From an uncultured delta proteobacterium (GTDB taxonomy: Bacteria; Desulfobacterota; Desulfobacteria; Desulfobacterales; SG8-13): a stretch of 47,940 nt of DNA. The translations under genes and the position numbers were made by a program. Below the pieces are notes generated by a model, which worked only from the letters and a program-made list of their open reading frames with translations, ran no database searches and was not told where the DNA came from. The stretch lies in contig CAWKCK010000003.1 in assembly GCA_963848135.1 (NCBI GenBank), positions 1,116,001-1,163,940 on the forward strand, given 5' to 3'. Positions 9,658 through 17,922 of the stretch are shown here, in pieces (the first letter of the stretch is position 1; each line of letters opens with the position of its first letter).

Positions 9658-10396
9658 GCGGATATACCAGTTCCTGATTATCTATCTTATGGCGGTTGGT
9701 TTTTTACTTCTGATCAAATACGGGCTCAACTTGTCTGATTATGTTGTCCCCGGACCTGGCGATATCCTGCACACTGCCGAAGCAGAGTACCGACGGTATT
9801 TTACCGATGTCATGAACACCCTGATGGTGGCGGTCCTCGGTCAAATCATTTCGATTGTCATGGCCTTTCTGGTCGGTATCACCGGCCGACAGGCGACCTG
9901 GCTGGGGTCATTCATCAAAGTGGCGGCGTACAACGTTCAGGCGTATCCGATCGTGGCCATCGCGCCGATAATCTTCATCCTTCTGGGAGACGGCCTGTTG
10001 CCACGATTGTTAATCGCCGCCATGATTTGTTATTTTCCTTTGCTGCTCTCCATCATCGGCATCATGTCAGAACCGGTTGCCGATATCGAGCATTTTTACC
10101 GGGTGACCGGCCGAATGCGCTGGCAGCTGGAAGTCAAAATTCGGGCATTCGAAAATCTGAACAAACTGACCACGGTGATTGCCGGGAGTACCACCCTGGC
10201 AATGGCCGGCACGATAGTGGCCGAGTTTATTGCTGCCAACGCCGGAATCGGATACAGTATCCGGGTGGCGCTTTACCAGAGCGACCTGGCCAAAATTCTG
10301 GTGGCACTTTTCCTGATCGGCATTACTCTTTCGGTGTATCAGGGCGTTTTGGAACTTTCCGGGGTCCTGATCCGCAAGGCCTGGACCGGAAAATAA
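9644..10396 (+). CDS. ABC transporter permease (TauC/SsuC-like)
   Basis: Hydrophobic; YVVPGPGDI, PIVAIAPI, IVAEFIAANAGIGY motifs; ATG 9644 overlaps the end of the ATPase gene. Confidence 0.9.
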   Translation: MLLHRRIYQFLIIYLMAVGFLLLIKYGLNLSDYVVPGPGDILHTAEAEYRRYFTDVMNTLMVAVLGQIISIVMAFLVGITGRQATWLGSFIKVAAYNVQAYPIVAIAPIIFILLGDGLLPRLLIAAMICYFPLLLSIIGIMSEPVADIEHFYRVTGRMRWQLEVKIRAFENLNKLTTVIAGSTTLAMAGTIVAEFIAANAGIGYSIRVALYQSDLAKILVALFLIGITLSVYQGVLELSGVLIRKAWTGK

Positions 10397-10458
10397 GCCG
10401 CTTTAACAATCATTGGAACGGTGGCACGGCCAGGCATCGTTTTCAGTTTTTTCTCCGC

Positions 10459-10651
10459 ATAATAATCATCGATAAACCCCCAACTTAGCTGGGGAGACTC
10501 CCAAAGTTTGACAATTCCAGGAGTTAACCAAAACCTGAGGCGATGATTATTATAATTCAATGACCGGTTGATTGTCCGTATAGTGGTTTTAAAAGAACGT
10601 TTTGAGCGGTTTACAAATCATTCCTCCGGCTTTGCCGGAGGTCATTGAATT
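10459..10651 (+). mobile_element. family C element, IS200/IS605-like ends without transposase, copy 1
   Basis: Two hairpins, CCCCAAC-TTA-GCTGGGG and CCTCCGGC-TTT-GCCGGAGG, and no terminal IR; related copies at 23916 and 36568. Confidence 0.75.
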
Positions 10652-10702
10652 ACTGGAGAACTAACGCTGTGTGTCAAAGCGGGATAAAGGGAGGATCCAT
10701 CA

Positions 10703-11713
10703 ATGTCGGTTACCAAAACGAATCCACCGAAAACCGGTTGGCTTGCGATTTTTTTATTGGCCGTTCTGATCGATATCGGCAGTGCCGGGTTCGGCGCGGC
10801 AGCCGACAGCCTCACATACCGGCTGAAATGGCTTTTCAACACCAGCGTCGTGGGCGACTTATACGCTGATGTGAACCAGTTTTTCGCGGCTGAGGGGTTG
10901 CGGGTTGTCGTCAAGGAAGGCGGGCCGGAACGGGATGCCATCCGCGAACTTGAGCTGGGGCGGGCGCAGTTTGGCGTTGCCTCTGCCGACCAGGTGATCC
11001 GGGCGTTGTCCAAAGGGGCCGACGTCGTGGTCATCGCTCAGTTCTTTCAGATCAATCCCCTGCAGTGGATTTACCGGCCGGACAGAATCAAGATCGACAG
11101 CCTTGCCGATTTGAAAGGCCAGGTTCTGGGGGTGACCTTCGGCGGCAACGATGAAACCATTCTGCGGACACTGCTGGAAAGAGGCGGACTTTCGGTGGAC
11201 GATGTATCCTTGTTCAGCGTGCGTTACGATTATACACCGTTTTTTCTAAAAAAAGTTAATTTCTGGCCGGTTTATCGCAATGCGCAGGCAGTCTTTCTTG
11301 GGAACAAACTGGACAAGGCCGGTGAAACTTTTGCATTTTTTAACCCGGTCGATTACGATGTGAAATTCGTCGCCAACTCCCTGGTGACCTCCGGGGAGAT
11401 GATCAGAAGTCAGCCGGAAACCGTCCGGAAGTTTACCGTTGCCCTCCTGCAGGCCTGGCAATCTGCACTTAACCCGATAAATGAGAACAAGGCCGTGGAG
11501 ACGCTGCGTCGCTTCGACAGGGACTCACCCGTCGCCGTCCTCAGGCAGCAATTGGAGATCACCAGAGGACTCGTTCAGCCGGATCCTGTGGTTCCCATTG
11601 GGAATGTCGATATCGATGCCTGGAAACAGACCGAACAAATCATGCTGGAACAGAACCAGCTGCTGAAAACGGTGTCCGTGCAGCGGGTGCTCAAACCCTT
11701 GCCGGTTTATTGA
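10703..11713 (+). CDS. ABC substrate-binding protein, NMT1/THI5-like
   Basis: Signal peptide; YRLKWLFN, FFAAEGL, SLADLKGQVLGVTFG motifs; GGAGG RBS. Confidence 0.9.
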   Translation: MSVTKTNPPKTGWLAIFLLAVLIDIGSAGFGAAADSLTYRLKWLFNTSVVGDLYADVNQFFAAEGLRVVVKEGGPERDAIRELELGRAQFGVASADQVIRALSKGADVVVIAQFFQINPLQWIYRPDRIKIDSLADLKGQVLGVTFGGNDETILRTLLERGGLSVDDVSLFSVRYDYTPFFLKKVNFWPVYRNAQAVFLGNKLDKAGETFAFFNPVDYDVKFVANSLVTSGEMIRSQPETVRKFTVALLQAWQSALNPINENKAVETLRRFDRDSPVAVLRQQLEITRGLVQPDPVVPIGNVDIDAWKQTEQIMLEQNQLLKTVSVQRVLKPLPVY

Positions 11714-11841
11714 GGCCAAGAGCCTTTATTGCAGAGGATTTAAAAGTGAGTCAGGAGTGCCGGGTATCGGCCACCGGGGTGGGGACTGACCGGCGATTGT
11801 TGGCCGATCAATCCGCAAACTCAGCAGGATCTCTGCCCTAT

Positions 11842-12099
11842 CTCGGAAATTTCATCAATTGGAGGCTTTTATGGCCAAGGCATTTCGAGGCGATGCTGTA
11901 GTCAGTCTACCGCGATCCTCGAATAACGCTGGCCATGGGATCCTCCGGTTGACCCGAAGGGTGCAATCTTTTCAGCTCTTTCATTAGATCTTGGGGAGGT
12001 ACAAAGTTTCCCTCGGTTATCCGGTTCATGAGTTTGACCAATACCCCGATATGGCTTCTTTTTTATTGCTCGATGAAAAGATTTCATGAAACATTCGGA
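11842..12099 (+). mobile_element. MITE family D, copy 1 (258 bp, IS1380-like ends)
   Basis: TIRs CTCGGAAATTTCAT / ATGAAACATTCGGA with CTAT/TTAG flanks; highly similar to 17641-17898. Confidence 0.88.
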
Positions 12100-12107
12100 T
12101 TAGGGCA

Positions 12108-12713
12108 TCAATCGGCATCCGATTGGGGATATTGAAAGTAGGCGTCCGGGTTGTTATTCAGTTCATCGATCCGGTATTTGTAATAACCGACCTGGCGGCG
12201 CTTGTTATTCTGGGAACCGAATTTTTCCAACGGTGCCTGTTCCAGAGTATAGACGGCAAAGGTCAGACGCTTCCTTTCGCGCGCGATGACATCTTCCCGT
12301 TTGACTCCGGGTTGTTCCAGCTCTTGTTGCAGGCTTTCCACAATCGATTTCTCTCGCTGGACAAGGGTACCTTGTTCCTGGGGGAAGTTATCCAGATTGA
12401 GCCGTGTGCTTTCGAGGAATTCCGCTTCCGTATCGGCGCTATCTTCCGCTTTCGGCGCTGGGGCAGGGGGGGAATCGGTCGGGGGCGCTGCTGGAGGCGG
12501 TGTATTGGATGGCCGCGGCTTTTTTGCGGCGGTTTCTGCCGGATCCCGCGGTAGCTCCGTACCCTTCTTGTAATCTTCGGATAGTTCTGAAGGGCCCGTA
12601 TTGCTGTAGTGCTTGACCCCCTTCTCATCGGTCCAGACGTACACGCTGTCCGCAAAGACCGGTATGTGCAGCAGAACAGACAGGGCAACCGACATGGTCA
12701 TGATCTTCAGCAT
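12108..12713 (-). CDS. DUF4124-domain secreted protein
   Basis: Signal peptide, then VYVWTDEKGVKHYSN and a Pro-rich linker; AAGGAGG RBS. Confidence 0.85.
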   Translation of the reverse strand: MLKIMTMSVALSVLLHIPVFADSVYVWTDEKGVKHYSNTGPSELSEDYKKGTELPRDPAETAAKKPRPSNTPPPAAPPTDSPPAPAPKAEDSADTEAEFLESTRLNLDNFPQEQGTLVQREKSIVESLQQELEQPGVKREDVIARERKRLTFAVYTLEQAPLEKFGSQNNKRRQVGYYKYRIDELNNNPDAYFQYPQSDAD

Positions 12714-12960
12714 CGATCCTCCTTGCACTCGTGGTTCGCAACCGCCAGCAATCGTTCCTGGGGGCTTAAGTTGTAATTCAAAATTTCACCTGCTATTTTA
12801 CCACAGAGCCAGGTGGCACTCAAGATAAGCCCATGCGGAGATCTCGTTTTTTCCCCGGCGACCGGTGTTGGATGCGAATCCCAGGGTGCGTATCTAAAAA
12901 AAGGATCATCTCCGAAAAGTTGGCGGTTTCTGCGGGCAAATGATTCATATGTTATTAAAA

Positions 12961-13168
12961 CCTAATTTGAGCGATTGTCGAGGTTGCTGCAGGTACAAGG
13001 AAGATGTCGTTCCGCTATAGTCAGGCTATGCGGGACGGCATATGACGCCGTAGATGCGGCAAGATCGGCAATCCCAAGGGTTTCAAATTTTAATATCAAA
13101 CGATGATAGAATTCCTTAAATATAAAGTAGTTCCCCATCTATTAAAAATTTGAAACGCTCACTTTAGG
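12961..13168 (+). mobile_element. MITE family E, copy 1 (~208 bp, 5-bp TSD TAAAA)
   Basis: TIRs CCTAATTTGAGCG / CGCTCACTTTAGG, with TAAAA on both sides; other copies at 24125 and 40053. Confidence 0.92.
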
Positions 13169-13190
13169 TAAAATAAATGTCTAAGTTAAC

Positions 13191-13224
13191 CGCAGACGCA
13201 CGCTGACATAACGCAGACAAACGC
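13191..13224. repeat. short ~10-mer tandem repeat
   Basis: CGCAGACGCA CGCTGACATAA CGCAGACAAA CGC. Confidence 0.5.
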
Positions 13225-13254
13225 TTGGTGAATTCGGCGGGCAAAAAAGGAGTT

Positions 13255-13614
13255 TCAGCCGCCTTTGTTTTTGCGGCTGTGGTAGTCGATGATAAAATTT
13301 TTAACGACCCGGGTGACCTCTTCACGCGGTCCGACAAACTCGATTCCGGTCAAATATTTTCCGGGATTCACGGAACGGGTATGCGCCACGCGGCCCTTGG
13401 TTTCGACGATATTATTTTCAATATCGATGGACATCAAAAGGATGAAATCGGCCTCTATCGGACAGCTCGTTTCCAGGAGGGTTCCCCCTTGACTGATATC
13501 CACCGTTCGTCCCATCCCCTCCGCGGTCTGATGACCATCTTCATCGAGGCACACATAGGAGACGACATTACTGGTGGGTACGCGCGGGGTTTTTCGTTTA
13601 TCTTCGTTGGACAT
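13255..13614 (-). CDS. PilZ-domain protein
   Basis: RxxxR (KRKTPRV) and DISQGG c-di-GMP-binding motifs, GIEF. Confidence 0.9.
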   Translation of the reverse strand: MSNEDKRKTPRVPTSNVVSYVCLDEDGHQTAEGMGRTVDISQGGTLLETSCPIEADFILLMSIDIENNIVETKGRVAHTRSVNPGKYLTGIEFVGPREEVTRVVKNFIIDYHSRKNKGG

Positions 13615-13820
13615 AGGCAAAATGTCATCGGCTCGATGACCACGGGCCTTTCAAATAATATATGGAAAGAGTCGGGTCCGTTGAGGACCGCATCCGGTAC
13701 TGCAGTTCCTAAGCTTGATTTTCGCATATGTCAAGAGTCAATGTAGAAATCAGTGATATTCGAAGGCGTTACAAATTCGCTGCCAAGATCTGAAAACGTA
13801 TCAGGGAGGTATCCTCAGAG

Positions 13821-14741
13821 ATGAAAGTTTCCGATGTTGCGCCACGTATTTTCGATGCCATACAGACCCGTAACGCGCTGCCTTACACAAGGCTATGCGA
13901 CGCCATTACCGAAATTCTCGAGGCCTATCGAACCGGCCGGGTCATTGCGCCTGAACGCCTTGTCGTTTCCCTGCTCGGGCAGGGCACACTGCTGTTGATG
14001 CCGGCCTCAGACGAAAGGATAGCCATCACCAAGCTTGTTACGGTTCATCCCCAAAACCGGGAAAAGCAACTCCCGACTATCCAGGGCGAGGTCATCGTTT
14101 TCGAGGTGACCACCGGCAAGCGCTTGGGAATTCTTGATGGGGTCACGGTGACCGCCAGGCGAACGGCCGCCCTAAGTGCGTTGGCGGCCAGAGCCTTGGC
14201 CCCGGACCCTTCGGGGCCGCTGCTCGTCATCGGTGCCGGCACCCAGGCCCGGTCCCACCTGGAAGCTTACCGGGAGGTGTTGGCGGTCGAGAAGGCCTAT
14301 ATTTACTCGCGAACCCGTGCTCATGCGGAGGCTCTGGCAGACTATGGCCGCTCTCTCGGCATTCATGCCGGCGTCACCGATGATCCGGAATCGAGCGCAG
14401 CAGACGTGACACTTGTCGTTACAGCCACAAGCAGCGATTCTCCGGTATTGGATGGACGTTACTTGCGGGAAAATGCGTTTATTGCCGCGGTGGGGGCATT
14501 CACTCCTGTTATGGCCGAGCTGTCGGCGGGTCTTGTTCACCGCTGTCGTCTATTTGTCGATACGTTGGAAGGGGCTCGTGCCGAAGCCGGGGATTACATT
14601 CAGGCCAAAGTTGATTGGTCGCGGGTGCTGCCGCTGGCTGAGGCGTTGCACCATCCAGCGCCGGGCAAAGGACCGGTGATCTTCAAGAGCGTCGGACATG
14701 CCATGTTCGACCTGGCGGCGGCGCGGCTGGTATTTGCTTGA
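13821..14741 (+). CDS. ornithine cyclodeaminase / delta1-pyrroline-2-carboxylate reductase family protein
   Basis: TARRTAALS, VIGAGTQARSH, AVGAFTP, FKSVGHAMFDLAAA motifs. Confidence 0.92.
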   Translation: MKVSDVAPRIFDAIQTRNALPYTRLCDAITEILEAYRTGRVIAPERLVVSLLGQGTLLLMPASDERIAITKLVTVHPQNREKQLPTIQGEVIVFEVTTGKRLGILDGVTVTARRTAALSALAARALAPDPSGPLLVIGAGTQARSHLEAYREVLAVEKAYIYSRTRAHAEALADYGRSLGIHAGVTDDPESSAADVTLVVTATSSDSPVLDGRYLRENAFIAAVGAFTPVMAELSAGLVHRCRLFVDTLEGARAEAGDYIQAKVDWSRVLPLAEALHHPAPGKGPVIFKSVGHAMFDLAAARLVFA

Positions 14742-14770
14742 GAAGTCGGTTTTAACCTTTGAGATGCCTT

Positions 14771-15136
14771 CTATTCAATATCGGGGTCAAAGGCGGAACC
14801 GAAAATCCGGCGACCGATCTTTCGCTTCAGGCGAGCATCGATGGACTTGTGGGGGGCTTCCGACCAAGCCAGAGTGTGTCGGACCACCCGCGCCGGGTTC
14901 ACACCGCCGTCCTTTCGGCAAATCGGACATACCGGGGGACGGTTTGCGGGTGCAATCGATGGACCCAGAACCAGAGTCAACGGGGCCAGGATATCCCCAT
15001 CCCGAGTAATACCACACATCTTGATGCACCGGCAGTCCAGTTCCACCAATGCCACGCCGACGGCCGTCTGATTTTCGGATAGGATATAGCGGAACGCCAG
15101 CTCAACAGCCGGCAGCTGGCGTCGTTCATTCGTCAT
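14771..15136 (-). CDS. hypothetical protein with CxC and CxxC motifs
   Basis: 121-aa ORF 13 nt downstream of the LuxR gene, GGAG RBS; LDCRCIKMCG and VCPIC. Confidence 0.65.
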   Translation of the reverse strand: MTNERRQLPAVELAFRYILSENQTAVGVALVELDCRCIKMCGITRDGDILAPLTLVLGPSIAPANRPPVCPICRKDGGVNPARVVRHTLAWSEAPHKSIDARLKRKIGRRIFGSAFDPDIE

Positions 15137-15149
15137 GCAAAGGCTCCGG

Positions 15150-16451
15150 TCAGCGAATAGATAGAAGGTGTGTTCTCAAGCAGGCACGCTTGTTGTTCAG
15201 ACCGAGCTTTTTCCGGATATTTAGGCGATGGACCTCGACCGTTTTATTGGAGACGGTCATCAAGTCGGCGATTTCCTTCGTGGTTCGGCCTTGTTTGACG
15301 AGATTGGCAATTTCGATTTCGGTCGCGGTCAGATTGAGATGACGGGTGGACAGGCGGTGAGAGAAGGGGGAGATGATTGCATTCAGGTTTTCCTCCAAAA
15401 CCGTCAGATTGTCTAAAAGTTTCCTATCCTTCGCCCGTTCTTTCACGCGCTCCAGATACGGTTTGACCGTATCGTTTATGTTAGACAAAATGGTTTTTTC
15501 AAGCTCTTTTCGGTCTTCCTCGCGCTTATTAAGCAGGACCTTCAACGCGGTATTGGTCTCCTCAAGTTCTTTTGATTTGGATTTCGACTCTTCTTCACTT
15601 TTTTTCAACCGCGCTTCGGTTTTCTTGCGTTCGGTAATGTCTCTGGCGACACCCATGAACCCTATCGGTTGACCGTTTAGATCCCGTTTCAGAGAAACCG
15701 AAACTTCTACGATACCTTTGGATCCGTCTTTTCTGATAAACTCCCAGTCAAAGGCTTTCATCGCCAATCGCGTCGAATACACGGTATTGAATACCTGGAA
15801 CACGCGGTCGGCATTGAACTTGTCCATCATATCGCGATTGTTTTTGCCCCTCAGTTCGTCACGGGAATACCCGGTGATGCGCGCCATGGCATCGTTGAAA
15901 AAGATGAAATGACCGGCCAGGTCAACTTCGTAGTACCCGTCCTCGATGTTTTCAATGATCATGCGGTACTTTTCCTCGCTGTCCCGCAAGGCCTGCTCCA
16001 CCCGCTTGCGCTGGGTGACGTCGCGCGCAATACCCATGAATCCCACCGGCTCGCCGGTGATCGATCTCTTCAGAGATATCGAGACCTCCAGAACGCAGCG
16101 AGAACCGTCTTTTCTGATCAATTCCCAGTCGAACGCCTTGGTTGCCAACCCGGTCTGATAGACTTTGTTAAACACTTGAAAAACCTGCATGGTGTTGTAT
16201 TTGTCCATCATGTCCCGATTATTTTTACCCATCAGTTCTTTGCTGGGATAACCGGTGATACGGGCCATAGCGGCATTGAAAAAGGTGAAGTTTCCCTTTG
16301 TATCGACTTCGTAGTACCCGTCCTCGATGTTTTCGATGACCGCCCGGTTTTTCTCTTCGCTCGCGAATAACGCTGCCTCCGCGGATTGATCGAAGCCACT
16401 CGAGACCATTCTCTCGGCATAGTACAGCTGCCTGTCGGTATTCTTGTTCAT
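15150..16451 (-). CDS. PAS-PAS-LuxR transcriptional regulator
   Basis: Two PAS/PAC repeats (IENIEDGYYEVD...RKDGS...ARDIT) and a C-terminal LTATEIEIA...TKEIA...TVEVHRLNIRKKLG HTH. Confidence 0.93.
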   Translation of the reverse strand: MNKNTDRQLYYAERMVSSGFDQSAEAALFASEEKNRAVIENIEDGYYEVDTKGNFTFFNAAMARITGYPSKELMGKNNRDMMDKYNTMQVFQVFNKVYQTGLATKAFDWELIRKDGSRCVLEVSISLKRSITGEPVGFMGIARDVTQRKRVEQALRDSEEKYRMIIENIEDGYYEVDLAGHFIFFNDAMARITGYSRDELRGKNNRDMMDKFNADRVFQVFNTVYSTRLAMKAFDWEFIRKDGSKGIVEVSVSLKRDLNGQPIGFMGVARDITERKKTEARLKKSEEESKSKSKELEETNTALKVLLNKREEDRKELEKTILSNINDTVKPYLERVKERAKDRKLLDNLTVLEENLNAIISPFSHRLSTRHLNLTATEIEIANLVKQGRTTKEIADLMTVSNKTVEVHRLNIRKKLGLNNKRACLRTHLLSIR

Positions 16452-16806
16452 CGGTTTCCCCTTCAATGTCGCCCCCTTCCTCGCTGCAGACGCGCCGCCA
16501 TATATAGTGTTGTCATAATACCGTTCCGCAAGAATTTATTTTAATAGCGATATAACCCGCATATTTCAGCAAACAGACATTGATATGACGCACCCGAAGA
16601 AACTAAATGTATTCATGAACGGGGCCTGAACCTCGGTTGAGCGATTTCCCGCCCAGGCGGGATTCACGGTTCCCAGTTAAAGTTCCATAACTGGTCTCTG
16701 ACAATCGTATTATGCACCCATTCGTTGGAATTCCATGTTTCATCCAAAAGGTGAAAGCGGCCAATCCAAACAATGGGTTTTAAAGTTAAAGAAATCAGTA
16801 TTTTAT

Positions 16807-16840
16807 AACCTTTGAACCCTTAACCCTGAACCTGGAACCG
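16807..16840. repeat. heptamer tandem repeat (AACCnnn)
   Basis: AACCTTTG AACCCTT AACCCTG AACCTGG AACCG. Confidence 0.6.
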
Positions 16841-16891
16841 ATTAGTTTAGGTTGATGACGCTTTTTTAAGTGAAAGCGGACCACAAAGGGA

Positions 16892-17050
16892 GTAGCCGTT
16901 CACAGGGTTGCAACGTCCAATGCGCATCAAGCCACCTAATTGTAAGCATTTACAGGCTGACGCAAATGCAAGGCGTCGGGCGCGCAGGACGTACTTTTGT
17001 ACTTCAAGTGTCCGACAACAAAGCAGATGCGTTGCCCTGTGAATGCTTAC
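16892..17050 (+). mobile_element. MITE family F, copy 1 (159 bp, IS66-like, 8-bp TSD CAAAGGGA)
   Basis: TIRs GTAGCCGTTCACAGGG / CCCTGTGAATGCTTAC; CAAAGGGA at 16884-16891 and 17051-17058. Confidence 0.92.
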
Positions 17051-17147
17051 CAAAGGGAAGATACAAGAATTCCTACAGAGGACCGGAAGGCATGTCAACA
17101 GAATTTCTGACGGAGGAATGAGACGAAACATCGCCAGTGGGCGACGG

Positions 17148-17411
17148 CTAACACTTGAATGGGTAAAAGTGATAATAACAGTATCCACCGGGGTCACTGT
17201 GAAAGGATTCCAAATCTGTCATACAGGATCCGATCGTGTTTTTGGACACTTCCTGATAATCGGCCCGGTGTTCTTCTTCTTTTTTACACGGCAGGCATAT
17301 AGGTTGGTGGTCATACACCGATAGAATGCGTTGATCGTCTTTGCGCAGCGACTTGTTGCAGCGCGAACATGCAATGGCGCACTGGAGGTCTTTTTCCCAT
17401 CGGTCGGACAT
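17148..17411 (-). CDS. small Cys-rich (zinc-finger-like) protein, 87 aa
   Basis: GGGAGG RBS; CSRC and CLPC pairs plus four further Cys. Confidence 0.75.
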   Translation of the reverse strand: MSDRWEKDLQCAIACSRCNKSLRKDDQRILSVYDHQPICLPCKKEEEHRADYQEVSKNTIGSCMTDLESFHSDPGGYCYYHFYPFKC

Positions 17412-17640
17412 CGCCTTACCTCCCTATTGTTGAGGGTATAATTATGATGATAAACGGATATATCACGCCAATAGGTATGGCACAATTCCGGCGAAAAGAA
17501 AACCAAAATCAGAAACGGAAACCGATCAGCGCTCTATGGGAAACCGTGGATGGTAGGAACGACACCACTGCGTGCGACGCGGAAATTGGGGGGATAACGT
17601 TGGATGCTGAACCGGAAGGAATGACGGTGCGCGGCGCTAG

Positions 17641-17898
17641 CCCGGAAATTTCATCAATTGGAGGCTTTTATGGCCAAGGCATTTCGAGGTGATGCTGTAG
17701 TCGTCTAACGCGATCCTCGAATAACGCGGGCCATGGGAGCCTCCGGTTGACCCGAAGGGTGCCATCTTTTCAGCTCTTTCATTACATGTTGGGGAGGTAC
17801 AAAGTGTCCCTCGGTTATCCGGTTCATGAGTTTGACCAATACCCCGATATGGCTTCTTTTATTTTTGCTCGATGAAAAGATTTCATGAAACATTCGGG
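17641..17898 (+). mobile_element. MITE family D, copy 2
   Basis: CTAG|CCCGGAAATTTCAT ... ATGAAACATTCGGG|ATAG; same 258-bp length as copy 1. Confidence 0.9.
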
Positions 17899-17922
17899 AT
17901 AGGGGTGTTGTCGCCAAACGGG

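Noticed and set aside
16751..16883. Direct repeat GTGAAAGCGG at 16751 and 16870
   Set aside because: Only 10 bp in two copies, which is insufficient evidence of function.
17478..17493. Plus-strand TGGCAC..GC sigma54-like motif
   Set aside because: The -12 box lacks TTGC and no plus-strand gene follows.
11902..17917. Similar small ORFs 11902-12087 and 17705-17917
   Set aside because: They lie within family D and the reading frame is not conserved between copies.
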